Positions 9,778 to 18,732 of a DNA stretch of 51,309 nt are shown piece after piece. This DNA is from a virus (taxonomy: Duplodnaviria; Caudoviricetes): positions 1-51,309 of IMG/VR virus record IMGVR_UViG_3300009082_000024. One strand, given 5' to 3'. Both the position numbers and the translations under genes were made by a program. The notes below the pieces were generated by a model, which saw nothing but the letters and a program-made list of their open reading frames with translations, was not told where the DNA came from and ran no database searches. Positions within the stretch are counted from its first letter, which is position 1. The number at the start of each line of letters is the position of its first letter.

Positions 9778-10746
9778 ATGGCTGATGGTTCGTTTCCTAC
9801 ACTAATCTCGAAAGACCGCGATGTCAATGCTGTGGCTAATCCGATTTACGTTAATTTATCTGACGGAACGGACGTTATTGCCATTGATTCGAGCGGTTAT
9901 TTAACTGTTAATGTTAACGGTACAGTAACTGTGTCATCTACTAATTTAGATATCCGTGATTTAGCAGCTACGCAAGATAATGTGCGTATTTGGGCCAACA
10001 CAGCTAAGGATGGCACGGGTACTAATTACATTCCTATTGTTGACGCTGATGGACAACTTCAAGTTGACGTGTTGTCTTTACCAGCTATTAGCGTTGCTAA
10101 CGTGTACACTGATGACACTGCGTACACTCCTGCTACTGATAAAGTAGGAGCTATTGGCGCAATGGCTGATGAGACATCGCCTGACTCTGTGGATGAAGGT
10201 GACATTGGTATCCCGCGCATGACGCTTGACAGAAAGCTTCTCGCCAGAGTGGTAGGAGCTTCTGACGCGAATAGGTTGGACATTGACGCTTCTGGTCATG
10301 CTCAAATTGACTTAGCGGCAGTGAGTGTCACCGCAGTGCCAGTATCTGCTACGACAGCTGCAAACAGCTCTGGAAACCCTATTTACGTATCTGTGGTTAG
10401 TGCAGGAGTGAGCACTACTGAGGTACAGGATTACGGCACTGGTACAGCTTCTTCTGACGCTTCAGTGAACAATGATTACACTGTAACAGCGACAACTTTC
10501 TTGCTGAGAAGTGTGATCTTTGCTGCATCTGGCGGCATGAAAGCTGAGATCCAGGTAGGCCCTGTAGCTTCATTGGTGACAAAGGCAGTTGGTTTTATCC
10601 CCCGTCAAGGTGGTACAGAACAGCTTTTCTTTGATCCACCGATAGAAGTTCCTGTTGCCAGCACGGGTACAGTGCGCGTGGTAATGACTAATAGGCAAGG
10701 TGCTAGCATGGATGTGTATAGCACGATCATAGGTGATGACGTATAG
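9778..10746 (+). CDS. virion structural protein (fibre/whisker-like)
   Basis: Repeated GxLxVD and ANPIYV motifs; RBS AAGGAGG. Confidence 0.65.
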   Translation: MADGSFPTLISKDRDVNAVANPIYVNLSDGTDVIAIDSSGYLTVNVNGTVTVSSTNLDIRDLAATQDNVRIWANTAKDGTGTNYIPIVDADGQLQVDVLSLPAISVANVYTDDTAYTPATDKVGAIGAMADETSPDSVDEGDIGIPRMTLDRKLLARVVGASDANRLDIDASGHAQIDLAAVSVTAVPVSATTAANSSGNPIYVSVVSAGVSTTEVQDYGTGTASSDASVNNDYTVTATTFLLRSVIFAASGGMKAEIQVGPVASLVTKAVGFIPRQGGTEQLFFDPPIEVPVASTGTVRVVMTNRQGASMDVYSTIIGDDV

Positions 10747-10759
10747 TTAAATTCATTCA

Positions 10760-10790
10760 TTCCCCCAGGGGACACCTCCTCTGGGGGGTG
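10760..10790 (+). other. GC-rich hairpin
   Basis: CCCCCAGGGG-ACAC-CTCCTCTGGGGGG in the intergenic gap. Confidence 0.4.
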
Positions 10791-10811
10791 GATGTCTAAA
10801 GAGGAGGAGTA

Positions 10812-10994
10812 ATGGCAAAAGAGGTTAACCAAACAGTAGGCGCGACTATTCCTGGGAACGTTGATCAACCAGCTCCAGTGGATAACAGCAGAGTTAAGGT
10901 AGATCCAGGGAACATCGATGTTTTGACCATTCAGTTGTTAGCTCAGATAAACAGGAATCTTGTTGAGCTCATTAACGTGATCAAAGAAAAATAG
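10812..10994 (+). CDS. hypothetical protein
   Basis: RBS GAGGAG. Confidence 0.65.
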   Translation: MAKEVNQTVGATIPGNVDQPAPVDNSRVKVDPGNIDVLTIQLLAQINRNLVELINVIKEK

Positions 10995-11003
10995 GAGGTT
11001 ATC

Positions 11004-11480
11004 ATCGCTGACGCACCTATCGGTACACAAGATGTGAGTATTTGGAATAAGGACGAAAACAAAGCCGTCACTATTACTACCACTGGATCAACAGAGCGTC
11101 TTGATGTTGATGCAAATATACGTCTTGCTCCAGAGCCTTATGGTATAGGGACTCCTGTTCATCAGTATCAATATGATTCTGATTCTGATGTGGGAGATTA
11201 TATTTCTTCTTATACAGTTACTGCTGGAAAGAATCTGTATATTTATCAGTGGGCTGTGAGTGATAACAGCTATGGTACATATGTGTTGCAAATAAACGGT
11301 GTTGATAAAGATGCCATGATAAATACGTCTACCTCTGGGGGAGCGCGGGGGATGAATCAAGTTACTTATGTAGTTCCTTTAAAGGCTACAGCAGGACAGG
11401 TTGTAAGGATTTATAAATTAGCTGGCCTTAGTAATAAGATCACTGCTTCCATCATCATTGGTTTGGAGGTTACAGCATGA
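11004..11480 (+). CDS. virion structural protein, probable non-canonical ATC start
   Basis: AGGAGG at 10993-10998, then in-frame ATC GCT GAC at 11004; track start is GTG 11034. Confidence 0.55.
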   Translation: MADAPIGTQDVSIWNKDENKAVTITTTGSTERLDVDANIRLAPEPYGIGTPVHQYQYDSDSDVGDYISSYTVTAGKNLYIYQWAVSDNSYGTYVLQINGVDKDAMINTSTSGGARGMNQVTYVVPLKATAGQVVRIYKLAGLSNKITASIIIGLEVTA

Positions 11481-11806
11481 GTGTAGTTAAAGAAGATAGG
11501 GTGTTTGATGCTTTGGAAATCAGGGATATCAGTGCTCATACAAGCGAGATTATAGAAAACATTGGGTTTTCAATAAAAACGCTTATCATTGAGAATGGGT
11601 TAGGTAAAACGGTAACTTTCACTTGTGAAGGATCAGCTCGTAGTGATTTTTCTCAAGCTTTTACTATAGCTACTTTTGATATGCCTGCTGGAAATAATTA
11701 TGCTACTTGTGAAAGTTATATCCCTTATTGGAGGTTAAAAGCTCAGTGCGCGGAAGCTCCGTCTTCTGGGTCTTTGACCGTATTTTTAGAAAAGGTGACA
11801 ACATGA
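11477..11806 (+). CDS. small beta-rich virion protein
   Basis: ATGA coupling, RBS GGAGG. Confidence 0.6.
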   Translation: MSVVKEDRVFDALEIRDISAHTSEIIENIGFSIKTLIIENGLGKTVTFTCEGSARSDFSQAFTIATFDMPAGNNYATCESYIPYWRLKAQCAEAPSSGSLTVFLEKVTT

Positions 11807-12177
11807 TGGGTTCGATGGATCTTCTTCCAAAAGTCGGTGTACTTACTAAGACTGCGGTATATACTTCTACTACGGCTGGCAATCAGGCCATTGCGGTAAT
11901 TGCGGGGCAGACAGGGAAGAAGATACGGATATATGCGATAGCGGCAACGACTAATATCGGGGGAACTAATTTCTACTTACGGAATGGAACAGCTGGAGCA
12001 GCGGTCACTGAAACGTTCTATCGTGCTATATCTGGTAGCCCTTCCGCTGCGTACTACAGTCGGGTAGGCTATCAGGGGATTTGGCTTTATGAAACAGTTG
12101 TTGGAGAGAATTTAGTTCTTAATTGCACGACTGCTAGTGCCCAGGTAAGTATTAGTTTGACATACTCGTACGTATAG
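11803..12177 (+). CDS. small beta-rich virion protein
   Basis: ATGA coupling; GKKIRIYAI resembles GKNLYIYQW and GKSCYMWNV in neighbours. Confidence 0.6.
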   Translation: MMGSMDLLPKVGVLTKTAVYTSTTAGNQAIAVIAGQTGKKIRIYAIAATTNIGGTNFYLRNGTAGAAVTETFYRAISGSPSAAYYSRVGYQGIWLYETVVGENLVLNCTTASAQVSISLTYSYV

Positions 12178-12186
12178 GAGGTCATT

Positions 12187-12414
12187 ATGAACATATTGGC
12201 ATTGCTACCGTTAATCAACATCAAGACGATAGCTACAGTATTCAACTTGGTACAGTTGACTGTAAAGGCTATCAAGGAAATACTGACTGTGATCATTAAC
12301 TCCGCTCTTCCTTTTGTACCGAACGAGAAAATACAGAAGATAAGAGATTGGTTTAATATGATCGATGGTTGGTTTGAGTCTATTAAGAACGCTATCTTTA
12401 AGGTAGTGAAGTAG
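12187..12414 (+). CDS. amphipathic/membrane protein (holin candidate)
   Basis: Hydrophobic N-terminal half; near spanin-like genes. Confidence 0.4.
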   Translation: MNILALLPLINIKTIATVFNLVQLTVKAIKEILTVIINSALPFVPNEKIQKIRDWFNMIDGWFESIKNAIFKVVK

Positions 12415-12425
12415 GAGGTAGTTCG

Positions 12426-13058
12426 ATGAAGTTTTTCATTCCAGTTGTTTTCACTATGCTTTTGGTATTTGGTTGTTATGCCGCTTTTGATTCTAATGTC
12501 AATCAGCAGGATCAGGGTCAGCAACAGGGACAAGGACAATTGCAAGGACAAGGCCAGCAGCAAGGCCAGGGACAATTGCAGGGCCAGGATCAAGCTCAGG
12601 GACAATTACAGGGACAAGCCCAAGCAGCTATAGCAGCGCAGGGACAAGGTCAAGGCCAGGTAGCTGTAGGCAAAGTAGATGTGCAGGACAATTCGACAAT
12701 AAAAAGTGTAGCCATAGCATTTCCTTCTACAGGAGCAACTGAAGGAGTGGCCTCTGCTAATGCGTCTTATATGTTTGGCAACTTAGGGTTATCAGATACT
12801 GAGATGTATAAGAAGGGCAGTCATCTTATACAGACTGTTTTAGCTATTCCTGATGATATTTTGTCTAAGGCTGAAAAGTCAGAAATAGTAAAAGAGATCT
12901 TAGCTAAAATGACTAAGTCTATTCGTCCTAGGAGGCTATTCGGTATAGGGCCAGAACAACATTCTAAGAACTTGATTAACTTGTTCGGTCTTTTCTCTTT
13001 CGATTCAGTTTGGGCTGATGGGCAAAGGCCGTTTCAAAGAAAGGCGGACATGAAATGA
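12426..13058 (+). CDS. exported protein with Gln-Gly repeats
   Basis: Signal-peptide-like N-terminus, then (QGQ/QGQLQG)n. Confidence 0.65.
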   Translation: MKFFIPVVFTMLLVFGCYAAFDSNVNQQDQGQQQGQGQLQGQGQQQGQGQLQGQDQAQGQLQGQAQAAIAAQGQGQGQVAVGKVDVQDNSTIKSVAIAFPSTGATEGVASANASYMFGNLGLSDTEMYKKGSHLIQTVLAIPDDILSKAEKSEIVKEILAKMTKSIRPRRLFGIGPEQHSKNLINLFGLFSFDSVWADGQRPFQRKADMK

Positions 13059-13080
13059 GAGAAAAAAAGAAAAAACCAAG

Positions 13081-13317
13081 ATGTTAACAACCATCATTGC
13101 TGGGGTCGTAGGGATAATCTCTACGATCTTGGCATGGGTTTTAAACCCAAAAAGAAAACTATATGCTGAACTCGATGATATTTATAGACAGCTTGATAGT
13201 CTCTACGAGAAACGCGACAAGGCTCTTGCGGATAATGATTCTGACACCCTTACTGTTATCAACTTTGCTATTCTCAAGTTGCGTGACCGTAAAGCCAGTC
13301 TATTACAACGACAGTGA
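13081..13317 (+). CDS. inner-membrane spanin (Rz-like)
   Basis: N-terminal TM helix then coiled coil; overlaps a lipoprotein gene. Confidence 0.6.
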   Translation: MLTTIIAGVVGIISTILAWVLNPKRKLYAELDDIYRQLDSLYEKRDKALADNDSDTLTVINFAILKLRDRKASLLQRQ

Positions 13318-13420
13318 TAAGGTGTATCTGGGTAATGCTAATGAGCAGCCTCCGACACCTTCTTTTGAATGGGTTCTAATGAGTAAAGGCCTATATAGAA
13401 AAATAACAACTATCCCATGA
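13235..13420 (+). CDS. outer-membrane lipoprotein spanin (Rz1-like)
   Basis: MILTPLLLSTLLFSS-C lipobox-like signal, Pro-containing mature part, overlapped in another frame. Confidence 0.6.
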   Translation: MILTPLLLSTLLFSSCVTVKPVYYNDSDKVYLGNANEQPPTPSFEWVLMSKGLYRKITTIP

Positions 13421-13707
13421 GATCAACAGCTATACATACTGGAAGAAATGCTGATAGAGGAGCGTACCGTGACGAAAGAAATGTTAGATGCGCTCGATGT
13501 GGCTTTATAAATAATTTAGATAGAGAATCCCGTCTTCCGCCTAATTCTAGGGCTGGCTGGGGGTTCACCTATGGCAGTGAAATCACTATGGATGATACTG
13601 TGATAACCTTTGATAGTTTGACTGTCCACATGGACGGATATTATATTGATAGAGAAACTTATGTCGGAGGTTGCAGATTTTGTGGGACATTTCTCTATAA
13701 CAAGTAG
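13417..13707 (+). CDS. Zn-binding hypothetical protein
   Basis: CARC...GCRFCG. Confidence 0.6.
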   Translation: MRSTAIHTGRNADRGAYRDERNVRCARCGFINNLDRESRLPPNSRAGWGFTYGSEITMDDTVITFDSLTVHMDGYYIDRETYVGGCRFCGTFLYNK

Positions 13708-13715
13708 GAGGATTT

Positions 13716-15707
13716 ATGGCTATCTATCCAGGCGCAATATACACATATATTAATCGTACTGGCACTCAAACTCTTGCCGCTGGTACTCATTCTACTGCTC
13801 ATAACGAAGCTGCGGCTGAAGTGATTGCCATAGAGACTGAATTAGGCGTTAATCCTAAAGGCATTTATGTTGATGTGGGTACACGTTTAGACGCCTTGGC
13901 TGCTGCTATAGGCGCGCAACATACTCAGAATACTGACATTGGGACATCAAGTGACACGTTTTATCTTGATGGCGCGAGTGGCGCGTTGATAAAAGAGGTC
14001 GGCGGTGCTTTTGCTGTAAGGAACAATCTTGATAATGCTTATGTTGATTTTGCTTGTGCTGAATTAACCTGTGAGGATCTTAATGGCATTACAGCTTTAG
14101 AGTTAGCGGGGATGTATACTGATTGGCATAGCCATGCTAATAAATTGTTACTTGATTCTTACACACAATTGGAAATAGATCTTGCTGACGCTGTTCTTAA
14201 AAAACATACTCAACATACTGATACAGGAACTATCTATGAGACATTTCAGTTAAACAGCGTTAACCCTCTTTCCGCGCGTTATAAGGTTGATGACGAGAAT
14301 CCCACCCGTTGTGAGATAGTTAACGCTGCTGATGATGCGTACGCGCCTATTCGCGCATTAGAGTTCCAGGGCGATCTGACTGCTCGCAATGCGGACATCA
14401 ATCTCCCGAGGATAAGATACAACGATATTACCGATCGTTGGCAGATGTCTAATGATGGGTTGACCTTCGTAGATATCTCTCAAGGTATTTCTATGGCTGG
14501 CGGGCCAGGGACTGTCCAGTTTAATGATACGACCAATTTGGGAGCGGATGCTCTCTTCTGGTATGACAATGCTTTAGATACTCTTTATGTGCCGAATCTT
14601 AACGTGTCAGGTGTTATTATTGGTGCGGTAGGTACTAATATCACTGGCACTACGGCTGATACTTTTGAGATCAATACTGATGGTAACGGTCTGTTGATAA
14701 GTACCATAGGATTGCTCAATGATAGGACAGTATTGGCTGAAGATGTTTATCAAGCAGCACAGAACTGGCATGTTGCTGCTACTGTGTTAGATACCGCTTC
14801 TATAGACTTTTCAATCGTTGGTCAACAGATTAGTGGAGCTGTTCTTCCTGCTGGGGTTGATCATGATGCGTTATTAAATTTTGTAGCGAATGAGCACATT
14901 AACCATACTGCTGTGACGATTACTGCTGGTACAGGTTTAACAGGCGGTGGAGACATTTCAGCTAATAGGACTATATCTTTGTCTCATCTTGGCTTACAAA
15001 CTCTTGCTGACCCCAACGCTGATAGAGTTATGTTTTGGGACGATAGTGCTGGGAATCTTGAATGGCTGACTATTGGTGCTGGGCTTACCATAACTGGCAC
15101 TACTCTTGATTGTACTGTTACAGCTAATACTGTGGCAGATACTGCTAGTATCGATCTTACTCTTTTGGCTGGGCAGATCTCAGGTGTAGTCTTGCCTGCT
15201 GGAGTTGACCATGACTCTTTAAATAATTTCGTTGCTAATGAACATGTTGACCATTCTACTATAGATATCACCGCAGGCACTGGGTTAACTGGAGGCGGCG
15301 ATCTTACTGCTGATAGGACGATCTCTCTTTCTCATCTTGGGATACAGTCTCTTGTCGATCCTAATGCTAATAGATTGATGGCGTGGGACGACACTGATGG
15401 TTCAGTCCAGTGGGTGACTATTGGTTCTAATTTGACTTATACTCAAGCTACTCATACGTTGAGTGCCACTGGCGGGGCTACTCTTACTCGCGCTACTTTT
15501 GTCAATGGTGATTTGGCTGCGGGGGTTTTGACGATCACTCATAGTGCTGGGTTAGCTGCACCGTATTCAGTAATGGTGGTTATTTTTGATAATAATAACA
15601 GACAGATCATACCTGATGAAGTGACTGGGGCTACCAATTCTGTGGCCGTAGATCTGACTTCTTACGGGACATTGACTGGTACCTGGGGCTACGGATATAT
15701 AGCATAA
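13716..15707 (+). CDS. tail fibre protein with internal duplication
   Basis: AIETELG N-terminal motif; ITAGTGLTGGGD repeats; two 116-aa units. Confidence 0.75.
   Translation: MAIYPGAIYTYINRTGTQTLAAGTHSTAHNEAAAEVIAIETELGVNPKGIYVDVGTRLDALAAAIGAQHTQNTDIGTSSDTFYLDGASGALIKEVGGAFAVRNNLDNAYVDFACAELTCEDLNGITALELAGMYTDWHSHANKLLLDSYTQLEIDLADAVLKKHTQHTDTGTIYETFQLNSVNPLSARYKVDDENPTRCEIVNAADDAYAPIRALEFQGDLTARNADINLPRIRYNDITDRWQMSNDGLTFVDISQGISMAGGPGTVQFNDTTNLGADALFWYDNALDTLYVPNLNVSGVIIGAVGTNITGTTADTFEINTDGNGLLISTIGLLNDRTVLAEDVYQAAQNWHVAATVLDTASIDFSIVGQQISGAVLPAGVDHDALLNFVANEHINHTAVTITAGTGLTGGGDISANRTISLSHLGLQTLADPNADRVMFWDDSAGNLEWLTIGAGLTITGTTLDCTVTANTVADTASIDLTLLAGQISGVVLPAGVDHDSLNNFVANEHVDHSTIDITAGTGLTGGGDLTADRTISLSHLGIQSLVDPNANRLMAWDDTDGSVQWVTIGSNLTYTQATHTLSATGGATLTRATFVNGDLAAGVLTITHSAGLAAPYSVMVVIFDNNNRQIIPDEVTGATNSVAVDLTSYGTLTGTWGYGYIA
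14784..15470 (+). repeat. two diverged 348-nt (116-aa) tandem units in the fibre gene
   Basis: VLDTASIDF...NFVANEH...GLTGGGD...SLSHLG...WDD begins at 14784 and again at 15132. Confidence 0.85.
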
Positions 15708-15715
15708 GGAGGATT

Positions 15716-15994
15716 ATGGGACAATTAACTTCTATTCATCAGGAATATAGCTCTTCTCAAAGTAACGCTACTCTTTTTACTCCAGCTTCGGGAAAGTCGT
15801 GTTATATGTGGAACGTTATAGTTACTTCTTCTGGTGACTATAAAATAGAGTTTTCAGATTCAGGAGTAGTTATAGAGGGTTCTGGCGGGACAACAGGTTC
15901 GTACTTAGTAAATAAGAAGGGCAATGCGAACGAGTTATTAAAGGTGACGTGCGCTGCGGACACTATCATAGATGCTTTGGTAGATGAAATATGA
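15716..15994 (+). CDS. small beta-rich virion protein
   Basis: RBS AAGGAGG. Confidence 0.6.
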   Translation: MGQLTSIHQEYSSSQSNATLFTPASGKSCYMWNVIVTSSGDYKIEFSDSGVVIEGSGGTTGSYLVNKKGNANELLKVTCAADTIIDALVDEI

Positions 15995-16533
15995 GACGCG
16001 GTAAAAGCTTACTGAACTCCACTATAAATAATTATTGGCATAGGGTGACTGAGACTATCCTTTCAGCAGCGGCTACTTCTACGACGATCAGTAGTTTGAC
16101 TGGGGATACAGCTAAAGAATATAGGATTTTGTTTCGGGCCGTGAATGGTTATGCTGGGGCGAACGTTTATTCTTTACGCCCTAATAATGATTCAGGGAGT
16201 AACTATGGGCATCAGAATATTACGGGTAACGGTAGTACGATCGCTTGTTCTCGCAATACTTCTGCTACTGGGTTTGTCATTGGCGAAGGTGCCGCTTCTG
16301 GAGATCTTTGCATCAGTGAAATATTATTTCATGTTGCTAGTGGGTATAGAAGGTTATTAATTCTTAAACATGCGATGTCTATTTCTGGGACTACAGTAAC
16401 GCAACAGAATGAATACACTTCTGTTTGGAATAATACTGCCAATGAGATAACTTCATTAGTTTTTTTAAGTAATCAGACGAACGGTTTAGGCGTAGGGACA
16501 CAGATCATTATTTACAGAAGAGTTTCATCATGA
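15991..16533 (+). CDS. putative receptor-binding domain protein (1 copy)
   Basis: LSAAATS...NNDSGSNYG...VWNNTANEITSL...GVGT domain. Confidence 0.6.
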   Translation: MRRGKSLLNSTINNYWHRVTETILSAAATSTTISSLTGDTAKEYRILFRAVNGYAGANVYSLRPNNDSGSNYGHQNITGNGSTIACSRNTSATGFVIGEGAASGDLCISEILFHVASGYRRLLILKHAMSISGTTVTQQNEYTSVWNNTANEITSLVFLSNQTNGLGVGTQIIIYRRVSS

Positions 16534-17621
16534 GATATGGAAATATTGGTACTCCTAATTTAATCGATCCTTTATTTAGCGTTGTTTATGACAGCGGAGA
16601 ACTTTCTTCTGCTGCTACGACTATCACAGTCACTGTTGATGGGAACGTTGATGAAGAGTACATTGTGATCGCTCGGCATATCAACGGATATTCTGGCACT
16701 GCTGGTTTGTATTTGAGACTTAATAATGACAGCGGCAGTAATTATGGAACACAGTTGATGAAAGGACAAAGCTCTACTGCTTCTGCATCAAGAAGCACTT
16801 CTGATACTTCGATCATGCTTGGTTATGGTACAGCAAGCAACAGGATTTCTTTTGGTGAGTTCCATATCCATGCTGAGTCAGGTTTTGTCCGTACGATCAC
16901 TGGTCAATTGATGTTTGATACCACAGGGACTACTATTGATACAAGTCAGTCGAGCGGATGCGTTTGGAACAACACAGCTAATAACTTAACAAGTCTTGTC
17001 TTTTTTTCTGATCAAGCTAACGGAATAGGGGTTGGCTCACGCATCATAGTATTGAAGAAGAATGATTCTGCTGGTATGAGATTAGGGACGACTAATGTGC
17101 TTGGTAAAGCTTATGGATGCTGGCAGAAGATCTATGACAATACACTTTCGAGTGCGGCCACAACCATTTCTATTAGCAGTCTTGATGGGAACACTGATGT
17201 TTTATGGATGTTTCTTGGTTATTTTGTTAGTAATTATAGTGGTACAGGCGGAGCAAATTGTGCTCTTAATTCTGATACTGGTACTAATTATGGAAGGCAG
17301 TATTTTCAAGGCGTAAGTTCTACTCTCACTGCTGGAAGGCAGACTGCTTCTACGGCTCATCCTTGGGGAGGTAATGGGTCAGCTCTCGGTGAGGGTTCTT
17401 GGGAAAGAAGTTTACTTTATGTGAAGTCAGGATATGTGAGGGTTGCTTTGTATAAGTTTGGCAACCAGATAGGGGGGACTACAGTAACAAGATGTGGTGT
17501 ATATGGAACTTGCTGGAATAACACTGCTGATAATATTACTAGCCTGACAATTAATGGTGCTCAAACTAATATCATAGGAATAGGTAGTCATTATGAAATC
17601 TGGAGGCTTAACCTCGCGTAA
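16530..17621 (+). CDS. putative receptor-binding domain protein (2 copies)
   Basis: Two further copies of the same domain. Confidence 0.6.
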   Translation: MRYGNIGTPNLIDPLFSVVYDSGELSSAATTITVTVDGNVDEEYIVIARHINGYSGTAGLYLRLNNDSGSNYGTQLMKGQSSTASASRSTSDTSIMLGYGTASNRISFGEFHIHAESGFVRTITGQLMFDTTGTTIDTSQSSGCVWNNTANNLTSLVFFSDQANGIGVGSRIIVLKKNDSAGMRLGTTNVLGKAYGCWQKIYDNTLSSAATTISISSLDGNTDVLWMFLGYFVSNYSGTGGANCALNSDTGTNYGRQYFQGVSSTLTAGRQTASTAHPWGGNGSALGEGSWERSLLYVKSGYVRVALYKFGNQIGGTTVTRCGVYGTCWNNTADNITSLTINGAQTNIIGIGSHYEIWRLNLA

Positions 17622-17877
17622 AAGTCGAATAGACGAAGTGGGTGCAATGTTTAGGTTTATTACTCCTGCGCTTATCTCACTGGTTCTTTTTATCTTGGGT
17701 CTTATAATCAACAATCAGGCAAAACTGGATGAGAAGATACTTTGCATCCAGAAAGAGCAATATGCTTATTTTAATAACCATTTATCTAATTATAAAGATT
17801 TCGGTATTATGGTTGAACATAGGTTGACTAAGATAGAAGCTATCTTGGGAACAATAAAAAAAAGAAATGAACATTGA
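17593..17877 (+). CDS. single-TM coiled-coil protein (holin-like candidate); true start probably downstream
   Basis: FITPALISLVLFILGLII TM then coiled coil ending RLTKIE. Confidence 0.45.
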   Translation: MKSGGLTSRKSRIDEVGAMFRFITPALISLVLFILGLIINNQAKLDEKILCIQKEQYAYFNNHLSNYKDFGIMVEHRLTKIEAILGTIKKRNEH

Positions 17878-18073
17878 CAAGGAACATCAAGCAGTATTTT
17901 GTCACGGGTGCGCAAAGAATTATTATATTCTACAGGCTTACATTAAGCGTGATGCTATCATCGATGTTTATAAGGTCGGCGATGCGATCATGTGTAAGCG
18001 CTGCCATTGCCTTTTAGGTTACGAAAAAGACGCTCCAGAGATATTCGCTAATGTTCCTGAAGGAGAAGAATGA
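17867..18073 (+). CDS. Zn-ribbon protein
   Basis: CHGC...CKRC. Confidence 0.55.
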   Translation: MNIDKEHQAVFCHGCAKNYYILQAYIKRDAIIDVYKVGDAIMCKRCHCLLGYEKDAPEIFANVPEGEE

Positions 18074-18732
18074 CTCGCTTAGAGATTAGAAACCAGATCA
18101 GAAGAAGATTGGGAGAGACCACTGCTGCGTTTTGGGAAGACGCTGAACTTAATTCATGGATCAATGACGCATGCACAGACTTAGCGTTTAGAGCTAAATG
18201 TCTTCCTGGCAATTCTAAATTCTCTACATTGGCTGGTACCTCTGAATATGTCATTTCTGCTTTAATAGCAACGGCCATCATCAGCTTGACTGAGGTCTAT
18301 TACTTACAAGACGGGACTACCTGGAAGAAGATAGATCCTATCAACAGGACTGAATTAGACACTGAGTACCCTAATTGGAAATCTGATGATGCAGGTACTC
18401 CTTTATTTTATTATTTCGACAGAGAAGAGGCTATCTTCGGATTGTACCCTAAGCCTAATACTGTTAATGCTGGTACTGATTACGGTGAGATGTATTTTCA
18501 AAAGGCTCACGTTGATTTGAACGCAGATGGTGAATCACCACAGCTTTCAGAGTATTTGCAGCCAGCAATCGTTGACTATGTTGTTGCTACAGGGCATGAT
18601 CAGCGTGGATGGGGCGATAAGGCCAATGACGCTTGGACAAAGTATTATACCAAGATACGTGATTATCGTATGGAACGTCATCGTGAGAAAGAAGACGAAG
18701 AGATAATCATGAAGAATTATAGGAACATATGA
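18070..18732 (+). CDS. head-tail adaptor protein
   Basis: MTRLEIRNQIRRRLGE...WEDAELNSWINDA...GTP..Y...LYPKP pattern typical of podovirus adaptors. Confidence 0.75.
   Translation: MTRLEIRNQIRRRLGETTAAFWEDAELNSWINDACTDLAFRAKCLPGNSKFSTLAGTSEYVISALIATAIISLTEVYYLQDGTTWKKIDPINRTELDTEYPNWKSDDAGTPLFYYFDREEAIFGLYPKPNTVNAGTDYGEMYFQKAHVDLNADGESPQLSEYLQPAIVDYVVATGHDQRGWGDKANDAWTKYYTKIRDYRMERHREKEDEEIIMKNYRNI

Noticed and set aside
10992-13707. Genome-wide TAG recoding (alternative genetic code)
   Set aside because: Long genes are intact under code 11; TAG stops mostly overlap the next RBS (TAGGAGG) and downstream genes are often out of frame
13716-17621. Diversity-generating retroelement acting on fibre repeats
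   Set aside because: No reverse transcriptase; repeats differ at all bases and are protein-level paralogues, not adenine-specific TR/VR pairs
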